Of a stretch of DNA of 64,000 bases, positions 46,428 to 57,928 are shown piece by piece (the first letter of the stretch is position 1; each line of letters begins with the position of its first letter). The DNA is from an uncultured Methanosarcinaceae archaeon (lineage in GTDB: Archaea > Halobacteriota > Methanosarcinia > Methanosarcinales > Methanosarcinaceae): positions 192,001-256,000 of the forward strand of contig CAWHXP010000003.1 of NCBI GenBank assembly GCA_963833425.1, read 5' to 3'. The position numbers and the translations under genes were made by a program. Below the pieces are notes generated by a model. It was not told where the DNA came from, did no database searches, and saw nothing but the letters and a program-made list of their open reading frames with translations.

Positions 46428-48281
46428 TTATTTTCGCTTTTCGTCGTCAACTACCTCATAATCGGCATCAACAACTGTATCATCAGAATTTTTTGCATCG
46501 GCGCTTTTTTCTCCGCCTGCAGCTTGTTGAGCCTGTTCCTGGGCTTTCTGATAAAGCGCCGTGGAAATTGGGTACACAGCTTCTTGAAGAGCCTCAGTTT
46601 TTGCCTTAATAGCTTCGATGTCCTTGCCTTCAATAGCTTGTTTAAGATCTTCTATTGCAGCAGTTGCCTTTGACTTCTGGTCTTCGGTAGCTACATCATT
46701 AGCATCTTTCAAAGTCTTTTCCGAAGCATTGACTAGGGCTTCAGCATTGTTTCTAGCCTCAACTTCTTCCTTACGCTTTCTGTCTTCATCAGCATGTAAT
46801 TCCGCATCTTTGATCATACGCTCGATTTCAGCATTAGTGAGCCCGCCTGGCTTTTGGATAGAAATAGACTGCTCCTTGCCGGTCCCCAGATCTTTTGCAT
46901 TCACATGCAGGATTCCATTTGCATCGATATCAAAAGTGACTTCAATCTGAGGGATGCCTCTTGGAGCAGGAGGAATGCCACTTAGGGTGAAGCGTCCTAG
47001 GGTCTTGTTCTCAGAAGCGATTCCCCTTTCTCCCTGAAGAATATGGATTTCTACTGAGGGCTGGTTATCAGCTGCAGTTGAGAATACCTGGCTTTTCTTG
47101 GTGGGAATTGTTGTATTCCTTTGGATCAAAGGAGTAGCTATACCTCCAAGAGTCTCAATTCCTAAAGAAAGGGGAGTTACGTCAAGAAGCAAGATATCTT
47201 TAACTTCGCCACCTAGCACACCAGCCTGAATCGCTGCTCCTATTGCAACAGCTTCATCAGGGTTGATATTCTTGTAGGGTTTTTTGCCTGTAAAGTTCTC
47301 CACAAGCTCGACTACAGCAGGCATCCTTGTTGCACCTCCAACCAAAATCACTTTGTCAAGGTCATTTGGAGTTAGTTTTGAGTCGCTAAGAGCCTGGCGC
47401 ATCGACACTAGAGTTTTCTCGAGGAGATCTTCTGTCATTTTCTGGAACTGAGCTCTGGTTAGATCGACATCAAGGTGCTTAGGATCCCCATCCGGCCCAA
47501 CTGTAAGGAAGGGAAGATTGATATTGGTACTTGCAACTCCAGATAGTTCGATCTTGGCTTTTTCTGCGGCATCCGTCAAGCGCTGGAGAACAGACTTATC
47601 CTTTGAAAGGTCAATTCCTTCCGTTTTCTTGAATTCAGCAAGTAGGTAAGTTACAATGCGCTGGTCAAAGTCGTCTCCTCCAAGGTGTGTATCGCCGCTT
47701 GTAGACTTTACCTCGAAAACTCCTCCTCCGAGTTCAAGAATGGATACATCAAAAGTTCCGCCTCCTAGATCATAAACAAAAATAGTTTGTTCAATATCTC
47801 CCTTGTCGAGGCCATATGCGAGGGATGCGGAAGTTGGCTCGTTGATAATTCTCAGAACTTCAAGCCCCGCGATTTCTCCTGCATCCTTTGTAGCTTGTCT
47901 TTGTGAATCATTGAAATATGCAGGAACCGTGATAACAGCCTGCTTGATCTTCTCTCCGAGATAAGCTTCAGCATCTGATTTAAGCTTCTGGAGTATCATT
48001 GCTGAGATTTCCTGAGGCTTATATTGTTTTCCCTGTAAGGTTACCTTGTAATTAGGGTCTCCCATATGCCTTTTAATGGAATAGACAGTGTTTTCGGGAT
48101 TTGAAACAGCCTGCCTCTTTGCAACCTGACCTACGAGTTTCTCCCCTTTCTTAGAAAATCCTACAACGGAAGGAGTCGTCCTGCCGCCTTCAGCATTCGG
48201 GATCACAACAGCTTCCCCGCCTTCCATTATTGCCATGCATGAGTTAGTAGTACCAAGGTCAATGCCCAATATCTTTGCCAT
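46428..48281 (-). CDS. dnaK: Chaperone DnaK (Hsp70)
   Basis: [32 protein letters not shown]. Confidence 0.99.
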   Translation of the reverse strand: MAKILGIDLGTTNSCMAIMEGGEAVVIPNAEGGRTTPSVVGFSKKGEKLVGQVAKRQAVSNPENTVYSIKRHMGDPNYKVTLQGKQYKPQEISAMILQKLKSDAEAYLGEKIKQAVITVPAYFNDSQRQATKDAGEIAGLEVLRIINEPTSASLAYGLDKGDIEQTIFVYDLGGGTFDVSILELGGGVFEVKSTSGDTHLGGDDFDQRIVTYLLAEFKKTEGIDLSKDKSVLQRLTDAAEKAKIELSGVASTNINLPFLTVGPDGDPKHLDVDLTRAQFQKMTEDLLEKTLVSMRQALSDSKLTPNDLDKVILVGGATRMPAVVELVENFTGKKPYKNINPDEAVAIGAAIQAGVLGGEVKDILLLDVTPLSLGIETLGGIATPLIQRNTTIPTKKSQVFSTAADNQPSVEIHILQGERGIASENKTLGRFTLSGIPPAPRGIPQIEVTFDIDANGILHVNAKDLGTGKEQSISIQKPGGLTNAEIERMIKDAELHADEDRKRKEEVEARNNAEALVNASEKTLKDANDVATEDQKSKATAAIEDLKQAIEGKDIEAIKAKTEALQEAVYPISTALYQKAQEQAQQAAGGEKSADAKNSDDTVVDADYEVVDDEKRK

Positions 48282-48399
48282 GCCATTCTCCTCAAACTAA
48301 TGTTAGATCAATTATTTAGATAGCTACTAAGCTAAGTTTAAGTCAAATTACTTAATTAAGTAGGAGCTAAATTAGCTAAATTTAAATTATTTTCTTAAT

Positions 48400-48450
48400 T
48401 CATTAAACCAAATTACTCAATTAACCAAATAATTCAATTAAGCAAAATTA
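48400..48450. repeat. Three 17-bp degenerate direct repeats upstream of dnaK
   Basis: TCATTAAACCAAATTAC / TCAATTAACCAAATAAT / TCAATTAAGCAAAATTA. Confidence 0.65.
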
Positions 48451-48746
48451 TTTAGTTGAATTAAATATATAATCATACTCAGTGAATATTTTTGCAATCC
48501 CAGTTTAGATATTTTTAAATAAGTTATTTTATTACCTTCCATGTTCGGAAAGATTTATTATTATTGCTCAAAACCCTTCGACTTTAATGAACCAAATGCC
48601 CAATATCAAATAAGAACTCTTCAAATTTATGTCTGAGTTCCAGTATAAAAATTAACACCTGCCTTTTGTATGAAACAGTTACATAAACAAAACCATTTAT
48701 AAGCCGAAGAAATCTCCATTGAAAGACTAATTCTTTCCTGATCATT

Positions 48747-49379
48747 TTATTTTTTGGACTCATCCGGCTCTTTTGCTACTGAAACCATTGTAGGTCTGAT
48801 AACTTTTGAATCGAGAGCATATCCGTGTCTATGAATTTCTACTACAGTGTTGCATGGTACTTCAGAGGTCTCTACATGTTGAATTGCCTCATGCTTGTGA
48901 GGGTCAAACTCACTGCTTTTTTCGCATTCAATTCTCTCAAGCCCGTATTTTCCAAGAATTGTTACAAACTGCTTTGAAAGCTGTTCTATTCCATTGATAA
49001 TCGAGTTTATATCTGCAGCAGTCTTTGCAGATTCTAAAGCGCGATCGAAATTGTCTTTGATTTCAACAAAATCAAGAAGCAACCGCTCAATTACAGATTT
49101 TCGATTTTCCTCCATTTGGCGAGAGGTCCGTTTTCTGAAATTGTCAAAATCTGCTGCAAGCCGAAAAAGCTGGTCTTTGAGAATTTCATTTTCTTCCCGG
49201 CAAGCAGCCTCATTACTCTTTTCAATCCCTGAATCAATAGAAGTCCGTTCGATATTTTCCTTTAGCTCATTAGTCTTTGCTGTCGAATAACCAGAATTAC
49301 AGAATCCTGAACTTTCAGCTCCAATCTGGGTATCTTCTGTAGGATCAGCTTTTTCTTCCTTATCCATTACATTCATCAA
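48747..49379 (-). CDS. grpE: Nucleotide exchange factor GrpE
   Basis: RLAADFDNFRKR, DNFDRAL, FDPHKHEA, GY.L..KVIRP.MVSV. Confidence 0.96.
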   Translation of the reverse strand: MMNVMDKEEKADPTEDTQIGAESSGFCNSGYSTAKTNELKENIERTSIDSGIEKSNEAACREENEILKDQLFRLAADFDNFRKRTSRQMEENRKSVIERLLLDFVEIKDNFDRALESAKTAADINSIINGIEQLSKQFVTILGKYGLERIECEKSSEFDPHKHEAIQHVETSEVPCNTVVEIHRHGYALDSKVIRPTMVSVAKEPDESKK

Positions 49380-49506
49380 TCGATCCCCATTCTGTTAATT
49401 TTAACGGTTACGCTCTTACTGAAATGTGATTGTTTGTAGTTCTATAAATAAATTTCTGCTGCTAAGAATGTATACGATTTCAAAAAAATGGAGATCAGAA
49501 AAATCA

Positions 49507-49959
49507 TTAAAATTTTTTTTGAAGTTTATATGAAAGTACTTTAAGCATAATGATGCTCGTAATCATAGAAACTGCGACTGCAGAAATTACCTGATTCCAC
49601 CCAATGATAGAGATCCCTCCTCCTAAAGTAAACTGCAAGCCGCCCACAAATAATACAACCACAAAGCAAAGAACAAAACCTGCTAGGGCTCCTAAGATAA
49701 TAGAACTAAGAGTACTCAAGCTATGCTTTTCAAAAAAAACCATTCCCGCAATAAACACCACTGAAAAGATCAAAAGTACGATTGCCGGAGGCAATGGACT
49801 TGCTTTATTAAGAAAAATAGCAAAGAGCCCTAGACCCATGTCAACAAGGAATATACCCATGAGAACCGCGACAGAAAGGGTTTTCACGAAAGGGTTTTCA
49901 AATATGGACTGAAAATTGAAATTTCTGCTGTTTATAGTACCAGCCGCCTGTATATACAA
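49507..49959 (-). CDS. Four-TM membrane protein (position of Methanosarcina 'orf16' upstream of grpE)
   Basis: Four hydrophobic segments; syntenic position. Confidence 0.7.
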   Translation of the reverse strand: MYIQAAGTINSRNFNFQSIFENPFVKTLSVAVLMGIFLVDMGLGLFAIFLNKASPLPPAIVLLIFSVVFIAGMVFFEKHSLSTLSSIILGALAGFVLCFVVVLFVGGLQFTLGGGISIIGWNQVISAVAVSMITSIIMLKVLSYKLQKKF

Positions 49960-50097
49960 TATATAACTTAATACTATAACTATATAAAATTATATAAACC
50001 TTCACTAATTCAGTTAATTAAGTTCTGCTTCCTCCACTTCACACCCTAATCTCACAGGGAAAAAGTAATATATAAAGAGTAGATTTTTTCCTTCTCA

Positions 50098-51072
50098 ATG
50101 GATATCCTTATTGCAGAATTCGCTGTCGGCACGAATGTTAAAAAATCACTGATCCCCGAGGGTTTATCTATGCTAAAAACCCTCTCCGAAAGCTTTTCAA
50201 GTGTGGGGCATGAGGTGTATTATCCTTCAGCAGGTATAAGAACAGGTGCAGGCACAATTATTAGATCCACGGCAGAAAACTTCAAGCAGATAATTGATAA
50301 AAAAGCCAAGGATTGTGATGCTGGATTGATTATTGCTCCTGACCATATGCTTCCAGAACTTAACAAAATTCTCGAAGAAAGCACTGTAAATCTTGGATGC
50401 TCACCTAAATCGACAAGTTATTGTGCAGACAAAATCGTTTGCACAAAAATTCTGAAAAAAGCCGGGATTAAGACTCCTAAGATCACGAAAAAAGCTGAAG
50501 GAGGGAAAAAATATGTTACAAAACCTCGATTTGGCTGCGGAGCAGAGGCAACTGATCTTGTCACAAATTTTGAGTATAGCGAAGAGTTCATTGCGACCGA
50601 ATATATTGAAGGACAGCATCTTAGCGTCAGCCTTATAGCAGGCAAAAAGCATCTCCCACTAACGGTAAATCTCCAATTAATAGAGTTTGGCCAGAAAAAA
50701 AACGAAACAAGCGAAGAGCGAGAAAAAAAAGACGTTTTCTCCATAAAATACAACGGAATCCGGACTCCATATAAAACTCCCAGAATAGAAGAACTTAATG
50801 AAACTGCAATCAGCACAGTGGAAAGTTTGGATTGTTTTGGGTATGTGGGCGTAGACATAGTACTTGCTGACCTCCCATATGTAGTAGATGTAAACCCCAG
50901 ACTTACGGCCTCAATTATTGGAATCAACCACATTATGCGAGAGAGAATCGGAGATCTCCTTTTGGAAAACAAATTTGGAGAACTTCCTAATTCTGTGAAT
51001 ATCGAGGGAGACTATTGCTTTTCAAATGACGATTTAATAGGGTTAATATATCAAAGCCATAATTTACCGTGA
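50098..51072 (+). CDS. ATP-grasp ligase, tyramine--L-glutamate ligase (MfnD)-like
   Basis: ILIAEFAVG..EG.SML..L, LIIAPD, KPRFGCG, EYIEG..SVS, GYVGVD, VDVNPRLT. Confidence 0.72.
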   Translation: MDILIAEFAVGTNVKKSLIPEGLSMLKTLSESFSSVGHEVYYPSAGIRTGAGTIIRSTAENFKQIIDKKAKDCDAGLIIAPDHMLPELNKILEESTVNLGCSPKSTSYCADKIVCTKILKKAGIKTPKITKKAEGGKKYVTKPRFGCGAEATDLVTNFEYSEEFIATEYIEGQHLSVSLIAGKKHLPLTVNLQLIEFGQKKNETSEEREKKDVFSIKYNGIRTPYKTPRIEELNETAISTVESLDCFGYVGVDIVLADLPYVVDVNPRLTASIIGINHIMRERIGDLLLENKFGELPNSVNIEGDYCFSNDDLIGLIYQSHNLP

Positions 51073-52036
51073 CTCAGTCAAGAGGAACTAACGTAAATGA
51101 AAGTATCAGTTCAAAAAATACTTTTCTGGGAACCAATTTGGTAGACATGTTATTATCTGTTGATCTCTTTAGATGAATTGTAGTCTCCGAATTGGGTAAT
51201 AATAGAATAGCTTCGATACAAAAAATATTAAAAAATCTCGAATTTGGAGATCCGCCAAAAAGGAACCAAAAACCTTACACATGATTGCTGGAAAGTGGTT
51301 CGAAAAAAACTAACTATGCGAGGAGATCCAAAGACTCCTTAAAATTGAGCAAGAGTTAAATAAATATTTACATTATTTAATCCCATCGGACTATGCAATT
51401 ATAGGATGAGATCAGGTAATGACGACATATCAATAATAGTTCATAACAAGACGACTAAGTCCACTTTTCTTGGATATACATAAGAATCTCATCTATTTTC
51501 TCAATATGGTAGCAACTCAAAAATCAATTTGACTTTTAATTAATAATAATAAACAAAAAGGCAAACAAATTCTACGCAGTACACATCCGTACAATTCCAG
51601 ATTAAATGCTTAATTCTGCCTTTACCCAAGTAAACTATATATGTTGTATTATTTTAAACATAAATCACATCGAATTTCCCAAAAAAGTAAACTCTAAGCA
51701 AGTCAAAATCATCTAGAATATATTAGTATTAGTATTAGTATTAATAATGAGTAACAACACAATTGAGAAGTGGTCTAACCACACCATATCTTAAGCTTTT
51801 TTATTCAAACCCATACCACATCCATGTTAGGGACAAGAAATACCATCTTCACAATGATACCAAAAACAAAATCACTTTGCAAAGAAGCGATGATTTAGAG
51901 AATTAAACGAAAATAAAAAGATGCTAAAGTTCACTTCGTCCCCCACATAAAATATAAGGTATTCGTGATCTTAGCACTCCAAAATAATGAAAAAAGAAAG
52001 ATTAAAATTTGGGAAAAATTATGGGATATTTCTCAT

Positions 52037-52630
52037 CTAAGTTCGGTTGCCATATGATTTATATTTACTTTCTTTTAGGGACTCAAGAGCTTTTTTAACC
52101 ATTGAACGGTAAGAATCAGTGTCTGTAAAGTAGTGTTCTTTTGCGAGTTTTGAGTTTGGATCTACTTCTGCCTCAACTGCCCTTATTCTCTCAAGAGTCT
52201 GCTTCGCAGTATCCAGTACCCATAAGTCGCGAGTAAGCTCATCTACCTGCTGGATGGATTCGGGGCGGATGGATGTAAGGACATTTCCGTCATCTGTAGT
52301 ATATGTACTGGTTTTTCCCACAACTGCCACAAAAGAAGGCAGTTCGCTGTCAGCGAGAAATTGAGATGCTTCGGGCTGGTACTGTCCAGCATAGACCAGA
52401 AAAGAGCCTGTGGGGTCTGAGACCCTCCCCCTCCAGTATTCAGAATCAGTTCCAATATCTTCTTTTTCGATAAGTGTGCCGACAAGGAAGATGCGATTTA
52501 CTTTAGCTCCTGTTGGAGTCAGAACGTACTGAGGAGCATATTGATCATTCTCGTCCCGAGAAGCTAAGTTCGAATCTTTCAGTTCTTGAGAAAAGACTCT
52601 GCGAGCTACTTCCCGGAAAAAGCTTGCCAT
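52037..52630 (-). CDS. RPA-associated OB-fold protein
   Basis: REVARRVF, LTPTGAKVNRIF, DPTGSF.VYAGQYQPE; directly downstream of rpa. Confidence 0.85.
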   Translation of the reverse strand: MASFFREVARRVFSQELKDSNLASRDENDQYAPQYVLTPTGAKVNRIFLVGTLIEKEDIGTDSEYWRGRVSDPTGSFLVYAGQYQPEASQFLADSELPSFVAVVGKTSTYTTDDGNVLTSIRPESIQQVDELTRDLWVLDTAKQTLERIRAVEAEVDPNSKLAKEHYFTDTDSYRSMVKKALESLKESKYKSYGNRT

Positions 52631-52631
52631 T

Positions 52632-53885
52632 CTAATCTACCTCCAGTTCAGAAAGCATTTCCTCAATCAGCTCTCCATCCATAGAGGTCCTTGGAGTAAT
52701 CGAATTCGCAAGGATGTAACGATCAAACTTATGCCCGCTGACAGTATAGTATCTGCCTAACAACTCGTGCTTCAATTTTTCCAGCACAACTCCGGGATCG
52801 AGAGCATCTGCAGCCATTGCAATTGCGCTATCTAAAGAAAGCCCAACAAGTTCTTCGGTAAGTTCCCGATTAATTATGACATCCTGAGTTGAAGTTCCAG
52901 AATCCAGAACAGCTTTTATCCTGAGATCGTACTCTCCTTTAACTTTTCCATGCTCTGCACAGGCACCCTTTACAAGTGCCCTCTTGCACTCAGGACAACG
53001 TTTTATAAGACCGGAGCCTGTCTGAATATCAACCATTGCTCCAAAATAAGTGAGAATAGATGTACCGACTGTGATATCTTCGTCAAGCTCTTCTACGGAA
53101 CTTGATCTGCTAAGCTGAATCTGAGACTTACCACCCCATTCATTAACAAATACGTTTTTCAACACGTAATTTTTGCCTTCTTCCATATATGGAATTTCGG
53201 AACTAGTCCAATTAGTAAATTTGATAACACCGGTAGGATCTCCTAGAAGGCCTGCTTGCTCAATTGACTCATGGGAGTTCTCCCAGAGTTGAATTACTTT
53301 TCCTTTGACTGTAGCCCACTTACCCCCTACGAGATTGGAAATATTTCTAAGTTCGGATTCCCTTGCAATTGGTGTGAAATCACCGCCTATCACATCAATG
53401 ACTTCAACTAGCTTTTCTACTGAACTGTTTTTGTTAAGCTGGACCTGAAACCTGCCATTATACTCTCCAACGACAACGCTCCTGAATAGGTAACTCTCCC
53501 CCTGCTCAAGTTTAGACAATTCAGCATTTTTCCATTCAGTGAACTTTATAATTCCTGTTTCATCTCCCAGGAGCCCAACTTGAGATATGGAATCGTGAGT
53601 ATTTTCCCATAGCTGGATAACCTTTGCCTTAAGGTTCGCCCATTGCCCATTTTCGGAAATGTTTATGATCTTGGTAAGTTGGGGTTCAGCTTGCCTCACG
53701 TAAAACTCATTTTTTGGGATAGAATATTTTTTCAAAAAATAATTAGTCACGCTACGCTGAGCTTCATTGAATGGAACTTTAAAGTTCGTAACCAATTCTT
53801 TGAGTCTGCTTTCAATGTCCTCAATGGGCACATCGATGCCAAGCTTTAAAAATCGACCTCTAATTGATTCTGCACTTTGTCTCAT
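52632..53885 (-). CDS. rpa: Replication protein A (multiple OB folds plus zinc finger)
   Basis: Repeated KVIQLWE..H.SI.Q.GLLGD.TG.IKFT.W OB folds; GSGLIKRCPEC..C..H zinc finger; ATG 53885. Confidence 0.9.
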   Translation of the reverse strand: MRQSAESIRGRFLKLGIDVPIEDIESRLKELVTNFKVPFNEAQRSVTNYFLKKYSIPKNEFYVRQAEPQLTKIINISENGQWANLKAKVIQLWENTHDSISQVGLLGDETGIIKFTEWKNAELSKLEQGESYLFRSVVVGEYNGRFQVQLNKNSSVEKLVEVIDVIGGDFTPIARESELRNISNLVGGKWATVKGKVIQLWENSHESIEQAGLLGDPTGVIKFTNWTSSEIPYMEEGKNYVLKNVFVNEWGGKSQIQLSRSSSVEELDEDITVGTSILTYFGAMVDIQTGSGLIKRCPECKRALVKGACAEHGKVKGEYDLRIKAVLDSGTSTQDVIINRELTEELVGLSLDSAIAMAADALDPGVVLEKLKHELLGRYYTVSGHKFDRYILANSITPRTSMDGELIEEMLSELEVD

Positions 53886-54362
53886 TGATTCTACCTCAAG
53901 CCTCTTGGTATTGATAATAATATAGAGAAGCGCGTTAAGGTGATACGACACGTGATTTAAGGATTTGGAAAGCGGAATGAAAGTATTTGATGTCTAGCAA
54001 CAACCAATTCATATAATTGCTTTTCATATTATTTACAAGTAAGCTAAAAGATTGATCTGTAAAATTAACTATTTTTCCAAGAGGCATCTACTTTTTTCCA
54101 GGCCTTTCACATTCTCTAACAAGATGTTATTGACTGTCAGCCTGAGTACAGCTTTAAAATTATTTCAAATTTATATTTTATTTTTTAGAACAGACATATG
54201 TTCTAAAGCTATACTTAAACGTATTTACGAAGACGGTATAGTAGGATTTGCTGGATTCAAAAATTACTGATCCTCTTCGTTTACAATTTTTCCTTAATAC
54301 TTTGCAAGAAAAAAACTTCAGTTGTACATCTTAAGTTAAGTCCATTTTTTGTCATCGCCTCT

Positions 54363-54477
54363 AGAAAATTCAATATTATAGAGTTACTGGACTAAAAATT
54401 ATGCACAACCTCTGCTAAACTATTTCGTGATTTTTTTTTGAGCACATTTTTTAGAATATATATCTATCTAGCGCAAG
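54363..54477. repeat. Second copy of the 12594-12710 dispersed repeat
   Basis: See 12594. Confidence 0.55.
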
Positions 54478-54828
54478 ATTTCGAAAATCACATCCAAACT
54501 AATCAATGAATTGTCATCAAAGGCTCAAATATGAATTTGAATCCTGGATGTCAAATTGCCCTTCATAAAATTCTACTAAAGAGATGTATATTAATCCATT
54601 GTTTTAAATTTTGGAAGAATTAATTTTTACTGTGAGCACTGAAATAACAGAAAAGCAAAATCATCTTTCGTTCAGCAAAATTTATGCAATAAGATCACAG
54701 GAAGTTTTTACATCACTTAATTTCAACAAAATGCATATATATAGGACAAACACCCTAAATTGGAGTTCATCAAATTACTAGTTAATCCTGAAATATCAAA
54801 GCATATTATCCATCAAAAGGTGATTATC

Positions 54829-55173
54829 GTGGCAAGAATACTCTCAGAAACAGATATTGCTATTCTGAAAAAAGTTGCTCCGGAGTGTAAGGGGTATCTT
54901 TGTTCAGGATCAGGAATGAACTATCGTTCAATTCTCCCACCTCTGGCAAATCACTATTCAAAAAATGCAGCCGATTTCCTGGGGAGAATAAAGCTACTAT
55001 CGAAATCAGATCTTGAATATCTTGTAAGGCTCATTATATCAGACGAAGAAAGCCTAGGCTGTGTGCCAATTGAGTACATTGATCTCTTCATAGAAAATGT
55101 ATCTGAAAGACTGGGGGAAGAAATGGCTGCTCAAGTTAGAAACTCTTATAATAATTCAGAATGTCCAGATTAA
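54829..55173 (+). CDS. Hypothetical protein (114 aa)
   Basis: GTG start after an AGGTGA RBS; APEC..C.GSG..YRSILPPLANHY, ESLGC. Confidence 0.75.
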   Translation: MARILSETDIAILKKVAPECKGYLCSGSGMNYRSILPPLANHYSKNAADFLGRIKLLSKSDLEYLVRLIISDEESLGCVPIEYIDLFIENVSERLGEEMAAQVRNSYNNSECPD

Positions 55174-55498
55174 ATTTCTTTGATACAAATATCTCTTAAA
55201 TTTTTTTGATCGTTTTGGAAAAAAAGACCGCGAAATTTCATACAAATTCATTGACAGCACGATTCTGTTTGAAAATTTTGATCATTTATCAAAAGTTCTG
55301 TGAAATCTGATTTAATTCTATCGTTTATCTCCAATCACAAAAATATACTGAATCAATGTTTAATATCTTCTCAATCATAAAAAATTTTTTTCTGATCAAG
55401 AAAATGAAATTCGCCATCTAATTACTTGATTTTTAAATCTTTTAACGAAATCTAAAGATATTCTTCCATATAGTGCTAACCTTTATGAGAGGTTCGAT

Positions 55499-55648
55499 GG
55501 TTGTGGTGCAAAAATAACATTTTCGCAGTTTGATATTAGTATTCCTACCTTTGTGTGCCATTTTATTTGTTATTTGATCGATTAACTTTCCCAATTGTGA
55601 ATATTTACACTCCTTTTGCAACAAAGCTAAATTTTTTGCACCACAAAC
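55499..55648. mobile_element. 150-bp MITE with IS6-like IRs
   Basis: GGTTGTGGTGCAAAAA ... TTTTTGCACCACAAAC (15/16 match), similar to the IS6 ends at 3223/4065. Confidence 0.6.
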
Positions 55649-55799
55649 GGATAGATTTCAAAAAAGCTAGCATAAAAGACTAAAAACCACGAAATCTCCG
55701 AACTAAATATGGAAAACTCAAATAATCAAAATCTTAATTCCACAAGTTTTCTTTTTATAATAGACCTCTTCGAGAAGTATTCGAGAGTTGAAAAAGCAA

Positions 55800-56214
55800 T
55801 TCTAATCACAGTATTTTAATCTTACCTGCAAGTGTTCTCCACACGAAGAGTGAAGAAGCAAATGAGGTAGCAAGCCCAAATAAGGAATCAGTATCGTACA
55901 AGAAGTCCCAAGGAAGATCAAGCAAGATTCTTCCCGTTTATAATATTGCTATTGATAATTGACTCTGAGAACTTTTGGATCAGGCCCTCGAGTATTTTGC
56001 CTTCATTAAATTAAACAAATCAAAAAAGTTGATTAAATGTTATAACGGAATCCTGAAAATAAAACCTGAATATTTGATTTCCTTCCTCAGAATGAATCAG
56101 CCTTGGAACATCACGCAGATATGCAAAGTGATGGAATGGAATGACAAAACAACTAAAATTGATCCAATGAAGCTCTTATCAATAAAAATTGAGACTTCTA
56201 AGATTTGTACATAA
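55800..56214 (+). pseudogene. Decayed TPR-repeat gene remnant
   Basis: Fragments such as IKCYNGILKIKPEY and EWNDKTTKIDP in broken frames. Confidence 0.4.
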
Positions 56215-56405
56215 AAAGGAGCTTGGTTAACACCTTAATAATACCTTCAAATAAATTTCAAATGTTTAAAATTGTCTAACCAAATGTTAGATATTATATG
56301 AAATATAAGTCAAAAAGTAATTGAGGGGTATTTTCATAAGATAACTGCATACATAATAAAAATTGCAAAAATATCAAATAAAGAATCAGAAGGCCTGTCT
56401 AGCCT

Positions 56406-57188
56406 CTACTTTTTCTCTCCCTCATTTCCTTTTCTTATAACTTCAATTATTTCTATAAGTTTTTCCTTGATTCTTACGATGGCATTTACTGCTTCGCCAC
56501 CTATTTCAATTGGAGCTCGTTTTTCCAGGTCTGCCTGCATCAGCTTTGGATCAAAGGGTATTTCTCCAAGAACCTCAATACCCAATTCTTCAAGTCTTTC
56601 ATTGACTTTTTTGGAACCTCCTTTGTTGATAACAGCAGCAAGGTGTTTAATCCCTATTTCAGAGGAGAGATTTTTTATCCTTTCAGCTGTTTCAAGGGAT
56701 CGTGCCCCAGGTTCTACTACCACAATCATGAGATCCATTCCTCGAGTAGTGCCTCTTCCAAGATGCTCTATCCCCGCTTCCATATCTAGGATTACTGCGC
56801 TCTTTTCCTTAAGCATGAGATGCCTAAGAAGAGCTCTGAGGAATGCAGAAGCCGGACACATACATCCACTTCCTCCACGGTCCACAGTGCCCATAACAAC
56901 CATTCGTACCCCATCTGGCCCTAATAAACCATAGTTATGTGCAATATCATCCACTTTCGGATTGTAGACAAAGGTCCCACCTTCAGAACCTGCCCTTTCC
57001 TGAATAAGATCTTTAAAATCAGTTAGAGGCCTTGGAGGGTTATCTACCCCGAGAGCAGAGGCCAGATTCATGTCTGGGTCTGCATCTATTGCTAAAACCT
57101 CATATCCGTCCCTCGCAAGCAATCGAGCCAGAGTACCTGAAAGAGTTGTTTTTCCAACGCCGCCTTTTCCGGTTATCGCTATTTTTAT
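56406..57188 (-). CDS. cooC: CO dehydrogenase nickel-insertion ATPase CooC/AcsF family; apparent ATA start
   Basis: (I)KIAITGKGGVGKTT, AIDADPDMNL, GGSGCMCP, DMEAGIEHLGRGT. The ORF-track start (57122) loses the Walker A motif. Confidence 0.9.
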   Translation of the reverse strand: MKIAITGKGGVGKTTLSGTLARLLARDGYEVLAIDADPDMNLASALGVDNPPRPLTDFKDLIQERAGSEGGTFVYNPKVDDIAHNYGLLGPDGVRMVVMGTVDRGGSGCMCPASAFLRALLRHLMLKEKSAVILDMEAGIEHLGRGTTRGMDLMIVVVEPGARSLETAERIKNLSSEIGIKHLAAVINKGGSKKVNERLEELGIEVLGEIPFDPKLMQADLEKRAPIEIGGEAVNAIVRIKEKLIEIIEVIRKGNEGEKK

Positions 57189-57479
57189 GAAAATTCCCCC
57201 TGAAAATTAATTCAGATCAACTTTACTTATTTTTACCAAGGAAGATAACCGCCAAAATGTTTATACTTATTCATTTGTACTCGTCTTTTTTTACTAAAAG
57301 GATTCAAATTAGATCGCAAAATCTTAAATTCAATTTGAGAATTTAATTATATTCTTCTAGACGCATAACTTTTTCAGAAAAATTTTTGACTGAAGAATTT
57401 CTCATTTGCTGGCCAAAAACAGAAAATATTTAATGAATGAAAACTATGCAGTTGTTGTACTAGAAATTCAATCTTAAAA

Positions 57480-57876
57480 GTATCATTTGAATAATAGATG
57501 ACTAATATGAGCATATTTTATAAGAAGAGGCTATTTTTTTAGCATGCTTGCTTTGTTCAGCCTTTAATTGCTGTCATAATATTTGAAGAAACAAATTAGT
57601 TGGAGTCCCATGTCTTTAGCTATTTTTCTTCGTACTAAATATCGGGAGCATTTGGGTTATTACCCTTTTTCTTGTGTCTACTGATATTGAAATTATCAGG
57701 AAGCTTCTTCGAAGCTTCCCTGTTCTTTTGGATTAATAATAACATGCAAATGAACTCGTAAATCCTGTTGCATAAATTGCTACAACAGAGACGTTTTCTC
57801 CATATGAGTAAAACAGCTTTAGTACAGTGATAATACTATCGAGTAAAAGTTCAATTTAGAGCATTTCTACAGAGCC
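57480..57876 (-). mobile_element. Internally deleted IS5-family remnant
   Basis: IR ...GAGCATTTCTACAGAGCC ending at 57876; interior similar to 22330-22510. Confidence 0.72.
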
Positions 57877-57928
57877 TCTTCATTTCTTACCTAGAAAAAT
57901 AGAATTTAGGGACTTTTGGAGAATTATA

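Noticed and set aside
51721..51744. (TATTAG)n microsatellite as a phase-variation tract
   Set aside because: Only ~4 units, intergenic between convergent genes, with no target gene.
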